NCBI GenBank assembly: GCA_033764015.1 | Contig: JANRJK010000046.1 | Location: 202,836 to 266,835, forward strand | Source of the DNA: Candidatus Sumerlaeia bacterium | GTDB taxonomy: Bacteria; Sumerlaeota; Sumerlaeia; SLMS01; JANRJK01 | DNA length: 64,000 bases | Direction of reading: 5' to 3' | Shown here: positions 50,711 through 59,553 of the stretch, one piece after another | Layout of the letters: every line of letters begins with the position of its first letter | How positions within the stretch are numbered: position 1 is the first letter of the stretch | The notes under the pieces: generated by a model | What the model was told of the DNA's origin: nothing | The model's database searches: none | The model's input: only the letters and a program-made list of their open reading frames with translations | Program-made: the position numbers and the translations under genes

Positions 50711-53021
50711 GCGCCTTCGACAGCGCCTCGCGGAGCTGGGCCAGGCCGAAGGGCTTCGTCAGCACCCCGCGGATCCCGTGCTCCGCGTGCCGCGCCAGGA
50801 TCGGATTCTCCGAGTAGCCGCTGGCGAGCATCACGCAGGCTTGCGGATCGAGCTTGAGGATCTCCGCCGCCGCGTAGTCGCCCCCCTTGCCGCCGCGCAC
50901 CGTCAGGTCCAGCAGCACCGCGCGGAACCGCGCGCCGGTCGCCAGCGCGGAGCGGTACGCCTCCACCGCCTGCTCGCCGTTCGACACCTTCACCGCATGG
51001 AAGCCGAAGTGCCGCAGCAGGCGCGCGTAGGTGTCCAGGATGAACGTCTCGTCGTCCATGACGAGCACCTCCCCCGTGCCGTGGAAGCTGCTGTCGGTAC
51101 CCGACCCCTCCTTCTCGACCTGCGTCTCCGTCGCGACCGGAAGGTCCACGATGACGCGCGTTCCGACTCCGCGCTTGGAGTCGAGCGCGATATGGCCGGA
51201 GTGGTTGCGGACGATGCGCTGGCAGACGGAGAGGCCGAGCCCCGAGCTGCCCTTGGTGCTGAAGAACGGGTCGAACACGCGCGAGACGACGTCCTCCTGG
51301 ATGCCCTCGCCGTTGTCGGCGAAGACGACGCGGAGGTGTTCTCCCTTGAGCAGCTCGGAGGCGCCGGGGCGGCGGTGCTCGAGCGTCACCGCGAGCCGCG
51401 GCATCGTCGTGCCGGCGGTCGCCTCGCGCGCGTTGAGCGCCAGGTTGAAACACACCTGGTAGAGCTGGCCGCGGTCCCCGTAGACCCGCACCCCCGCGGC
51501 GTCGTCGTTGATCGTGAAGCGCACCGAGGTGCCGCGGCACGCGAGCGCCACCGCCTCCTCGACGACGCCGCGGACGTCGACGACGGCCCGGACGGGCTCG
51601 GAGCCCTTCGAGAAGACGAGGAGCTGGCGCGCGAGGTTCCGCGCCTGCATCGCCGCCTCCTCGATGCGGGTCAGCTCCTCCATGACGCCGGCGAGATCGC
51701 CGCGCCGCGCGTCCACCTTGGCGAGCGACGCGCCGGCGGTGACGCCGGTGAGGAAGTTGTTGAAGTCGTGGCCGATGCCCCCCGCGAGCGTGCCGACGCT
51801 GTCGAGGCGCGAGGCCATGGCGAGCTGCCGCTCGAGGTCGCGCAGGTCGGTCACATCCTGCAGCACGCCGTTGCGCGCCGCCGGGGCGCCGTCCGCCCCC
51901 GCCTCCGTGGTTTCGTGGTACATGCAGATCGTGATGGCGTCGCCGCCGGTCCGCAGGAGCTGCACCTCCGTCGAGAAGCCTTCCGGGCCGGCGGGCGTCG
52001 ATGCGCGCAGGTCGCGGATCCGGGCCACGTCCTCCGGCGCCATGGCGGCGAAGAGGAGCGCTTCGCTCGGCGTCGTCCGCCGCGGCAGGTCGAGCAGGCG
52101 GTACATCTCGGAGGACCACTCGATGCGATCCTCCGGGAGCTCGTGGGTCCAGCTCCCGAGGCGGGCGAGGCGTTGCGAATTGACGAGGTTGGCCTGGGTG
52201 CGGCGGAGCTGCTCGCGCGCCTGGTACTCGCGCGTGATGTCCGCCAGCACCATGAGCAGCGGCGCGCGGCCGCCGCCCGGCGCGGGCATGCGCCGCATCC
52301 GGTTCCACACCACCCGCACGCCGCCGTCCTTCGCGCGCAGGCGCACGTCGAAGCGCCAGGGCGAAACGTCGTCCGTGCCGAAGTCGTGCAGCACCGAGCG
52401 GTAGCGCTCGAGGTCCGCGGGATCGACGAGGGCTTCCGGGGACATGCCGGCCAGCTCGTCGAGCGGAAAACCTGTCAGCTCCGCCAGCCGGTGGTTGGCG
52501 AAGGCGATGCGCCCCTCGTCGACGATCATGATGCCGTCGGGGATCGTCTCGACGAGGGCGCGGAAACGCTCTTCGCTTCCGCGCAGGGAGTCCTCCGCTT
52601 GCTTGCCGGCGTTGATGTCGCGGGCCACCAGCACGGTGCCGGTCCGTCCGCCCGCCTTGTCGATCATCGGGCTGCCGGAGATGAGCACCCAGCCCCCGAG
52701 CCGCGGCTCGAAGACTTCGCGGGCGCTGGTCTCCTTCGCCGCGAGGAGTCCCTCGACGCAGCATTCCTCGCCGTCGCCGTGGGGACTGCCGAACAACTCG
52801 CAGTACCGCTTGCCGACCAGCTCGCGGATCGGGAGGCCGAGGTTGTCGGCGGCCGCCTTGTTCGCGCGCCCGATCCGGCCCTCGAGATCCAGCAGCAGCA
52901 CCGCGTCGGGCAGTGCGTCGAAGGTCGTTTCCCACTCGTTCTTCGCGGTCGTGAGGACCTTCGCGAGTTCCTCCGGCGAAGGGTGGCTGTTGCCGGACTG
53001 GGCGGTTGGTGGATTCTGCAT
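50703..53021 (-). CDS. Multi-PAS hybrid sensor histidine kinase/response regulator (intact)
   Basis: Three PAS-like domains, AGGIGHDFNN, NLALNAREA, DNGEGI, FDPFFSTK, GLGL, receiver MDDE/LLDLT/TKPF; GGAAGGA SD before ATG 53021. Confidence 0.92.
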   Translation of the reverse strand: MQNPPTAQSGNSHPSPEELAKVLTTAKNEWETTFDALPDAVLLLDLEGRIGRANKAAADNLGLPIRELVGKRYCELFGSPHGDGEECCVEGLLAAKETSAREVFEPRLGGWVLISGSPMIDKAGGRTGTVLVARDINAGKQAEDSLRGSEERFRALVETIPDGIMIVDEGRIAFANHRLAELTGFPLDELAGMSPEALVDPADLERYRSVLHDFGTDDVSPWRFDVRLRAKDGGVRVVWNRMRRMPAPGGGRAPLLMVLADITREYQAREQLRRTQANLVNSQRLARLGSWTHELPEDRIEWSSEMYRLLDLPRRTTPSEALLFAAMAPEDVARIRDLRASTPAGPEGFSTEVQLLRTGGDAITICMYHETTEAGADGAPAARNGVLQDVTDLRDLERQLAMASRLDSVGTLAGGIGHDFNNFLTGVTAGASLAKVDARRGDLAGVMEELTRIEEAAMQARNLARQLLVFSKGSEPVRAVVDVRGVVEEAVALACRGTSVRFTINDDAAGVRVYGDRGQLYQVCFNLALNAREATAGTTMPRLAVTLEHRRPGASELLKGEHLRVVFADNGEGIQEDVVSRVFDPFFSTKGSSGLGLSVCQRIVRNHSGHIALDSKRGVGTRVIVDLPVATETQVEKEGSGTDSSFHGTGEVLVMDDETFILDTYARLLRHFGFHAVKVSNGEQAVEAYRSALATGARFRAVLLDLTVRGGKGGDYAAAEILKLDPQACVMLASGYSENPILARHAEHGIRGVLTKPFGLAQLREALSKALR

Positions 53022-53280
53022 CGGGATTCCTTCCGGCATGCGGACGTGCTCGCTGGCGATGCGCCGGCGCGAAGCGCGACCCATGGGTGTCCCGGAATCG
53101 TCCGCCCGTTCCAAGGGTCCGGAGCGGATCGCGCCACGCCGCGCTTTGGCCACCGCCAGACAACCCAGTTCCGTGCCGTCGTGGCACGCCCCGAGCTGCC
53201 GATTGCATTCCGCGGCCGATACGGCGCAATCTCCCCGTCGCCTCCCGGCACCGACTCCACATCCGCCAGCATACGCCCCT

Positions 53281-55830
53281 GTGAAGCTTGATCCAAGAAC
53301 CCGCGCCCTGCTCGACCTCGACCGCGTGCTCGAGGAGGCGGCCCGGCGTTGCCAGACGCCCCCCGGGGCGGAGCGTCTGCGGGGGCTGGCCCCGACGTCC
53401 TCCCGGGTCGCCGTCGAGCGCGAGCAGCGCCTCGCAGCCGAGGCCATGGCGCTCGCGGAGCGCGGCGGATTTCTTTCCTTTTCCGGGCTCGGCGACCCGC
53501 GTCCGCTCCTCGAGGAGGCCGCGATCCCGGGCTATGCGCTCGCGCACGAGCACTGGCCCCAGATGTACCGCCTCCTCCTGGTCTGCGAGCGCCTCGAAGC
53601 GTTCTCCCGCGAAGCGGCGGAACCGCATCCGAAGCTCGCCGCGCTCGCCTCCACCGTCCTCCCCAACCCGGAGGTGCGCGCCGCCATCGAACGGGTCTTC
53701 GAGCGGCGCGGCGAGGACCTGACCACCGATGTGCGGGACGACGCTTCGGCGGAGCTCGGCGAGCTGCGGCGCTCGATCCGCCGCTCCGAGGGGCAGCTCG
53801 GCCGCCTCGTGAACAAGCTGGTGGGCGAATTCGCGCGGCGCGGATACCTGCAGGAGGCGTACGCGACGCTCCGCGGCGGACGCCATGTGCTGCCGCTCAA
53901 GTCGAACTTCCGCGGGCGCATCCCCGGCATCGTCCATGGCAGCTCCGCATCCGGCGAAACGATCTATGTCGAACCGTCGGAACTTGTGGAGGAGTCGAAC
54001 CGGCTCGAGGAGTGGCGCGCGGAGGCGCTCGCGGAGGAGCTGCGCGTGCTCCGCCTCCTCACCGCGGAGCTGCGCCCCTGGCTCGCCGCCGCCGAACACA
54101 ACGTCGCTGTCGTCGCGCGCATCGACTCGTACCAGGCCACGGCGCGACTCGCGGGGGAACAGGGCTGGGCCTTCCCGCTCTGCGACGACGCGCAGCCGCT
54201 CCGCCTTTGGCGCGCGCACCACCCGCTTCTGCTGCTCGACCGCGGGCGCGATTCGGTGCCGATCACGGTGACGCTCAACCGCGGCGACCGGACGGTGGTC
54301 CTCAGCGGCCCGAACACCGGCGGCAAGACGACCGCGATGAAGACGCTCGGCCTCACCGCCGCGATGCTCCAGTGCGGCCTACCGGCGCCGTGCTCGCCGG
54401 ACTCGAACGTGCCGCTCTTCGACGGCCTCGTGGCGGACATCGGCGACAGCCAGGACTTGTCGGCGGGCCTGTCGACCTTCAGCGGCCACATCCGCCGCCT
54501 CGCGGAGGCGTTCTCGGTGATCGCCGGCACCTCGCGCGCGCTGGTGCTGCTCGACGAACTCGGCACCGGCACCGACCCCCGCGAGGGCTCCGCGCTCGCG
54601 GTCGCCATGCTCGAGGAGCTGCACCGCACCGCGCACCTGTCGCTCGCCACCAGCCACTTCGAGGCGGTCAAGCAGTGGGCCGGCGAGACGGAGGGCGCGC
54701 GCAACGCCTCCTTCTCCCTCGATTCCTCGACGCGCAAGCCGACGTACCGCGTGCGGCTCGACCTGCCGGGGGCGAGCGAGGCGCTCGAGATCGCCCGCGC
54801 CGAGGGCCTGCCCGCGCCGATCCTGGCGCGCGCCGCCGGGCTGGTCGGCGCGCAGCACCTCCGCCTCGGCGAGCTGTTGCGGACCATCGAGGAGCGCGAG
54901 CGCCGCCTGGCCGCCGCGCAGCAGGCCGCGGAGGGCCGCGTCGCCTCCCTCGAGGAGCAGGAGGCGCTCGCCCGCGCCCGCGCCGCCGCGCTGCGCGAGG
55001 AGCGCCGCGCCGACAAGATCCGCCTCGCCGAGGAGCGCGAGCGCCTGGTGCGCGAAACCCGCGAACGCCTCGAGCGCCTCATCGCAGAACTGCCGTCCGA
55101 GGACGAATACGAGCGGCGCCGCTCGGTGCTCGCCTCCGCCCGCAAGGACTTGCACGCGGAGGGGGAGGCCGCGGTCGCGGAGCGCAAGTCGCTCCAGCGC
55201 GAGGAGGTGCCCGTCGCCGACGCCTTCCTCAAGCCCGGCGCGCGCGTCTGGGTGCGCACCCTGGGCGACTGGGCCCAAGTGCTCTCCGCTCCGCCGAAGG
55301 GGAAGGTGCGGCTGCTGCTCGGGCGCCTCGAGGTCGAGGCGGACCGCCGCGAGTGCTTCGCCCACGACCCGAAGGAGAAAGCCGCGGAGTGGCGCGCGGC
55401 CATGGAGGAGGCGGCGTCGCCGCGCGCCGGCGGCCCCAAGCCCCGCCGCTCGAAGCGCCTGAAGGCCGCGCTCCGCGACGCGGAGGCCGCTTCCGAACCG
55501 CCGATGCGGCACAAGGTGCTCCTCGCCTCCCGCCCCATCGGACGCGCCGCCGCCGTTTCTTCGCGCCCCGTGGCCGACGCCGAGTTCGGCAGCGCGCTCG
55601 AGCTCGACCTGCACGGCAAGCGCGTGGACGAGGCGCTCGAGATGGTGGACCGCTTCATCGACCGCTCGCTGCTCTCGAGCCTGCCCTACGTGCGCATCTG
55701 CCACGGCACGGGCACGGGGCGGCTGTACCGCGCGGTGCACGAGTTCCTGCGCGGGCACCAAAGCGTCCGCGCCTACCGCTTCGCGACGCCCGACGAGGGC
55801 GGCGGCGGCGTGACGATCGTGGACTTGTAA
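53281..55830 (+). CDS. mutS2: MutS2 family protein with Smr domain
   Basis: GIVHGSSASGETIYVEP, HHPLL, SGPNTGGKT, DIGDSQ, LSTFSGH, LLDELGTGTDP.EG, Smr LDLHG...ICHGTGTG.L. Confidence 0.95.
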   Translation: MKLDPRTRALLDLDRVLEEAARRCQTPPGAERLRGLAPTSSRVAVEREQRLAAEAMALAERGGFLSFSGLGDPRPLLEEAAIPGYALAHEHWPQMYRLLLVCERLEAFSREAAEPHPKLAALASTVLPNPEVRAAIERVFERRGEDLTTDVRDDASAELGELRRSIRRSEGQLGRLVNKLVGEFARRGYLQEAYATLRGGRHVLPLKSNFRGRIPGIVHGSSASGETIYVEPSELVEESNRLEEWRAEALAEELRVLRLLTAELRPWLAAAEHNVAVVARIDSYQATARLAGEQGWAFPLCDDAQPLRLWRAHHPLLLLDRGRDSVPITVTLNRGDRTVVLSGPNTGGKTTAMKTLGLTAAMLQCGLPAPCSPDSNVPLFDGLVADIGDSQDLSAGLSTFSGHIRRLAEAFSVIAGTSRALVLLDELGTGTDPREGSALAVAMLEELHRTAHLSLATSHFEAVKQWAGETEGARNASFSLDSSTRKPTYRVRLDLPGASEALEIARAEGLPAPILARAAGLVGAQHLRLGELLRTIEERERRLAAAQQAAEGRVASLEEQEALARARAAALREERRADKIRLAEERERLVRETRERLERLIAELPSEDEYERRRSVLASARKDLHAEGEAAVAERKSLQREEVPVADAFLKPGARVWVRTLGDWAQVLSAPPKGKVRLLLGRLEVEADRRECFAHDPKEKAAEWRAAMEEAASPRAGGPKPRRSKRLKAALRDAEAASEPPMRHKVLLASRPIGRAAAVSSRPVADAEFGSALELDLHGKRVDEALEMVDRFIDRSLLSSLPYVRICHGTGTGRLYRAVHEFLRGHQSVRAYRFATPDEGGGGVTIVDL

Positions 55831-55842
55831 GGGAAGAGAAGG

Positions 55843-55873
55843 CGCGCGGGGCCGGTCCGCCCGGCCCCGCGCG
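55843..55873. terminator. Hairpin between convergent genes
   Basis: 13-bp perfect stem CGCGCGGGGCCGG / CCGGCCCCGCGCG, 5-nt loop; pyrimidine run follows on the minus strand. Confidence 0.6.
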
Positions 55874-55880
55874 GCAGGCC

Positions 55881-57197
55881 CTAGAACGCCCAGTTCACCA
55901 GCGGCAGGCGCAGCTTGCCGTCCACCACGTTGATGATGCCGATCTGGACGCCGTCCAGGCTTGATGCGCTGTTGATGAGGCCGAATTGCAGGCCCGACAC
56001 CGGCGGGGCTGTGTTGACCACGCCGAGCTGCACGCCGCTCACGTACTCGCCGCCGGACTCGGGGTTGAAGTTCAGCGCGCCCACCTGAAGACCGCTCATG
56101 CGCGCCGTGTCGTTCACGACGCCTAGCTGCAAGCCGCCGATGGACGAATTCTCGACCATCGTGTCGCCGCTGATGCCGAGGTCGACGTTGTTGAGCAGGC
56201 CGAGCTGGATGCCCTCGACCTGGCCGCTGTTCCAACCGCCGAACTGGACGCCGCCGAGCGATTCCGCGCGGTTCGCCACCAGCGCGCCCTGCAGTCCGGT
56301 CCCTTCCCCCTCGACGACGTTGGTGATGCCGGCGAGCTGGATGCCCGCCGCGTCGCCCTCGACCACGTTTGCGATGCCGGTGAGCTGCACGCCGGCGGCG
56401 TCGCTCTCGACCACGTTCGCGATCAGCGAGGCCATGACCGCGTTGGCGTCCGCCTCGACCACGTTGGCGATGCCGGCGAGCTGGGCGCCCGTGTGTCCGC
56501 CCTCGGTGACGTTCGCGATGAACGCCCCGGAGAGCGCCGTCGCGTCGCCCTCGACAGAGTTCGCGATGCCGGCCAGCGCGATGCCCGTCTGGTGCCCTTC
56601 GATCGAGTTGGCGATGCCCGCCGCCTGCACGCCGGAGTGGCTGCCCTCGAACGAATTGGCGATCAGGCCGAGCGAGCCGCCCCAGCCGTCGCCGCCTTCA
56701 TTCGCGACGGAGGCCTGGAGGCCGCCGAAGCCATCGCGCGACTCGACGTTGAACGGCGCCACCGCGACGCCGTACTGCTCGTTGTTCGCCACGCCCAGCA
56801 GGCCCAGCGAAAGGCCGTAGACGGAGGCGCCGCGCGGGAACACCTGGTAGCGCGGGATGGCGCCGAGCTGAAGCGGCGTCCAGCCGTCGCCGGTCCACTC
56901 CTCGTTGTCTTCCTCGTCGTCCCAGTCTTCGTCTTCGTCCTCGTCCTCCGCGTCGTCCTCGTCGTCGTCCTCGTCGTCGTCGTCGTCGTCGAAGTCGACG
57001 TCCGCATCAACCTTCACGGTGATCGGGTCGATGAGGATGGTGCGGCCCTTGCGGCCCTTGCCCGGGTCCTTGGGGGCGGCGGCGGGCTCGTCCTGGACCA
57101 CCTCCGGCTTGATTTCTTCGTCCGCGTGGAGCGCCGCGGGGGCGGCGGCGGCGAACGCGGCCGCGAGGACCGCCTGCAGGATCAGCTTCTTGCGCAT
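55881..57197 (-). CDS. Exported LA_2272-like surface repeat protein with poly-acidic tract
   Basis: AAAGGA SD; signal peptide MRKKLILQAVLAAAFAAAAPAALHA; WTPLQL, GxQxGxxN repeats, C-terminal LPLVNWAF. Confidence 0.85.
   Translation of the reverse strand: MRKKLILQAVLAAAFAAAAPAALHADEEIKPEVVQDEPAAAPKDPGKGRKGRTILIDPITVKVDADVDFDDDDDDEDDDEDDAEDEDEDEDWDDEEDNEEWTGDGWTPLQLGAIPRYQVFPRGASVYGLSLGLLGVANNEQYGVAVAPFNVESRDGFGGLQASVANEGGDGWGGSLGLIANSFEGSHSGVQAAGIANSIEGHQTGIALAGIANSVEGDATALSGAFIANVTEGGHTGAQLAGIANVVEADANAVMASLIANVVESDAAGVQLTGIANVVEGDAAGIQLAGITNVVEGEGTGLQGALVANRAESLGGVQFGGWNSGQVEGIQLGLLNNVDLGISGDTMVENSSIGGLQLGVVNDTARMSGLQVGALNFNPESGGEYVSGVQLGVVNTAPPVSGLQFGLINSASSLDGVQIGIINVVDGKLRLPLVNWAF
56298..56681 (-). 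repeat. Eight imperfect 48-bp (16-aa) intragenic tandem repeats
   Basis: Units such as GVQAAGIANSIEGHQT, GAQLAGIANVVEADAN, GVQLTGIANVVEGDAA. Confidence 0.8.
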
Positions 57198-57458
57198 GGA
57201 ATCGTGTCCTTTCGGGTGGGCCCCGGGATGGAATTCCCCGCGACGGCCCGTGAACCTAGTGTCGGAAGGCGCCTCCCGGTTGGAAGCGGGCCCCGTTTGA
57301 TGCTGTATCCGATACGCAGCGGGGTCCGGCAGCTTCACCATCGACACCGCCGGCGGTGCTTCCGGCTTGCGCGAGACCGCCGAATCCGACGTACCGTAGT
57401 CTTACGATACCCCGGCGGTCGGTGCCACGGCCGGCCGCCAAACCCACAGACAATCCCC

Positions 57459-59471
57459 ATGCAAGGACTCAACACCCGCTCCACCGGGCGAGGCGCATCC
57501 GTGCTCACGTGCGCGCTCCTACTCGCCGTCGCGGGGGCTCGCGACGCAGCCGGCGCCTCCACGGACATCTCCTGCTACGCGGACGCGCCGCACGGTTCGC
57601 GCTTCTACGACGCGGCGCAACTCCCCGATGGCTCCTTCCTGGTCGCCGGAAAGTCCCCGGACCTCGATTGGATCGACGCCGCCACCCCGCGGACGCCGCT
57701 AACCCTGCCCGCGGGGGTGGTCGACAACAACACGGGCACCGGCATGGTCGGCTTCATCCTCCATTTGTCGGCGGATCTGCAGTCGATCCAGCGGGTCGCC
57801 CACTTCGCCGATGGCGCGGTCGAGGACGTCGGGCGCCTGCGCTTCACCAGCGCGCCCGGCGAGCCCCCCGGCGCGCTCTACATCTCGGGCCGCAACTCGT
57901 CGAACCTCTACCGCGCGGACGGCTACTGGGTCGCGCGGCTCGACGGCAACTTCACCGATGCGGTCCCTACGGGGGCCGAGTGGGCCTACGTCGTGTGGGC
58001 CGAGGGCGACCACAAGTCCGTCATGCCGTGGGACGTCGGCGGCGACGGCAAGGTGGTGTACGTCACCGGCCAACCGCACTCGACCGGCTGGGCCGCCGCT
58101 TACCGGCTGACTGCCACCGGTGCGGAGGACACGGTACCCAACTGGCGCACGCACTGGGCGACGCTTTCCGGCGGCGGCACCACCGAGTTCTACGGCCTGG
58201 CCGCGGACTCGCCGAACCCGGTCCAGCGCAGCGGCTACGTGCTGAAGCCCCGCAGCCGCGGGTGCCTCCGCTCCTGGACGCAGGCGGAGTACGACGCCTG
58301 GACGCCGGACGGCAACGGAGGCGTCCGCAAGGGCACCTATCCCTGCGACGTGTTCTACACGGCGCCCTTCGACCCCGCCGCGCCCTCCTCGAACCAAGCG
58401 CTCGGAGGCTATACCGGCTACCGACTCCCCGACAGCGGCAGCACCACCGCCCGCTGCGTGGGAGTCGCGGTGGACCGCCGGACGAACGCCTTCTATCTCG
58501 GGTTCAGCTTCAAGTCGGTGCTCCCCGGCGGGAACCCGGACTTCGAGCCCGCCGTCGTGGCCTTCGACGCCGACGGCTCGCAGCGCTGGTGGCAGCGCCT
58601 CTACCGCGAGTGGAACGGGGACCCCGCCACCGGCTCGCCGCTCAACTCCACGCCGGACCAGTACGTGGACGCGCTCGCCATCGACTACTCGGAGCCGGAG
58701 GGCGACGGCGACCTCGTGGTGCTGGCGCGCTGCCATGGCAACAACGTGTCGAACTTCTGGAACGGCAACCAGGTCTCGACCGCCGCGAACCCGGGCAACC
58801 CGGGCTACTCGTTCCACCACCAGTTCACGGGCACCTCGGGCAACATCCACATCTCGTGGCTGGGTCGGTTCCGCCAGTCCGACGGCGCGCTCCAATACGC
58901 ATCGTGGAACGCGGAGTACGCGGAGGGCGCGGCGCTCGGCGGCGGCCTCTACACCGACCCGAACCTCGATGGCTGGCCCAGCCACCAGTCGGGTTGGCCG
59001 GACCTCAACACGACGCGCATGGCGCCCGGCGTCCTCGGGACGGACGCCGAGGGGAAGGTGTACGTGCTGGCCCGGAGCGCGCGCCGCTCCATCACGACCG
59101 CCAACGCCTTCCAGAAAATGCCCAAGCCCGCCGAGGGCTTCTCCGCCTGGAACGCCTACGTCCGCGTCTACGCGCACCAGATGACCACGCTCGCCTACAG
59201 CTCGCTCCTCACCGGGGCGTGGGACACGGCGACGCAATCGGGGGCGGACAACACCACGCTCGAGGGCGTGCTGCCGGTGGCGAACGGCGTGCTGGTGGTC
59301 GGCTGGCACCAGGCCACCGGGACGCCGGCGGTTGCCGAGGGCGTCCCCATGCCAACGCGCAACGTGCTCCCCTGGGGCGCCGCCGCGCCGGCGGGCGAGG
59401 TGCCGCTGATCGCGCGGCTCTCCTTCAGCGAAGGGCCGCCGGCGGGCGTGGAGGACTGGATGGCGCGGTAG
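57459..59471 (+). CDS. Secreted beta-rich hypothetical protein (possible beta-propeller) with short C-terminal GVEDW tail
   Basis: Signal peptide VLTCALLLAVAGARDAAGA; Trp/Gly/Asp-rich beta-strand repeats; ends LSFSEGPPAGVEDWMAR. Confidence 0.8.
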   Translation: MQGLNTRSTGRGASVLTCALLLAVAGARDAAGASTDISCYADAPHGSRFYDAAQLPDGSFLVAGKSPDLDWIDAATPRTPLTLPAGVVDNNTGTGMVGFILHLSADLQSIQRVAHFADGAVEDVGRLRFTSAPGEPPGALYISGRNSSNLYRADGYWVARLDGNFTDAVPTGAEWAYVVWAEGDHKSVMPWDVGGDGKVVYVTGQPHSTGWAAAYRLTATGAEDTVPNWRTHWATLSGGGTTEFYGLAADSPNPVQRSGYVLKPRSRGCLRSWTQAEYDAWTPDGNGGVRKGTYPCDVFYTAPFDPAAPSSNQALGGYTGYRLPDSGSTTARCVGVAVDRRTNAFYLGFSFKSVLPGGNPDFEPAVVAFDADGSQRWWQRLYREWNGDPATGSPLNSTPDQYVDALAIDYSEPEGDGDLVVLARCHGNNVSNFWNGNQVSTAANPGNPGYSFHHQFTGTSGNIHISWLGRFRQSDGALQYASWNAEYAEGAALGGGLYTDPNLDGWPSHQSGWPDLNTTRMAPGVLGTDAEGKVYVLARSARRSITTANAFQKMPKPAEGFSAWNAYVRVYAHQMTTLAYSSLLTGAWDTATQSGADNTTLEGVLPVANGVLVVGWHQATGTPAVAEGVPMPTRNVLPWGAAAPAGEVPLIARLSFSEGPPAGVEDWMAR

Positions 59472-59488
59472 CGGACGCCGCTTCACCC

Positions 59489-59520
59489 CCGGCGGCTTCG
59501 GGTTGCCCGAAGCCCGCCGG
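59489..59520 (+). terminator. Hairpin after secreted protein gene
   Basis: CCGGCGGCTTCGGG / CCCGAAGCCCGCCGG (14 bp, one bulge), no U-tract. Confidence 0.45.
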
Positions 59521-59524
59521 GCGC

Positions 59525-59553
59525 GGAAAGCTCCCGACCGTGAGGAGCTTTCC
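59525..59553 (+). promoter_or_regulatory. SD-sequestering hairpin upstream of M32 peptidase
   Basis: GGAAAGCTCC / GGAGCTTTCC perfect 10-bp stem; right arm contains GGAG of the SD and ends at the base before ATG 59554. Confidence 0.6.

Noticed and set aside
56298..56681. CRISPR-like periodic repeats
   Set aside because: The repeats are in-frame, degenerate 48-bp coding repeats with no unique spacers and no cas genes
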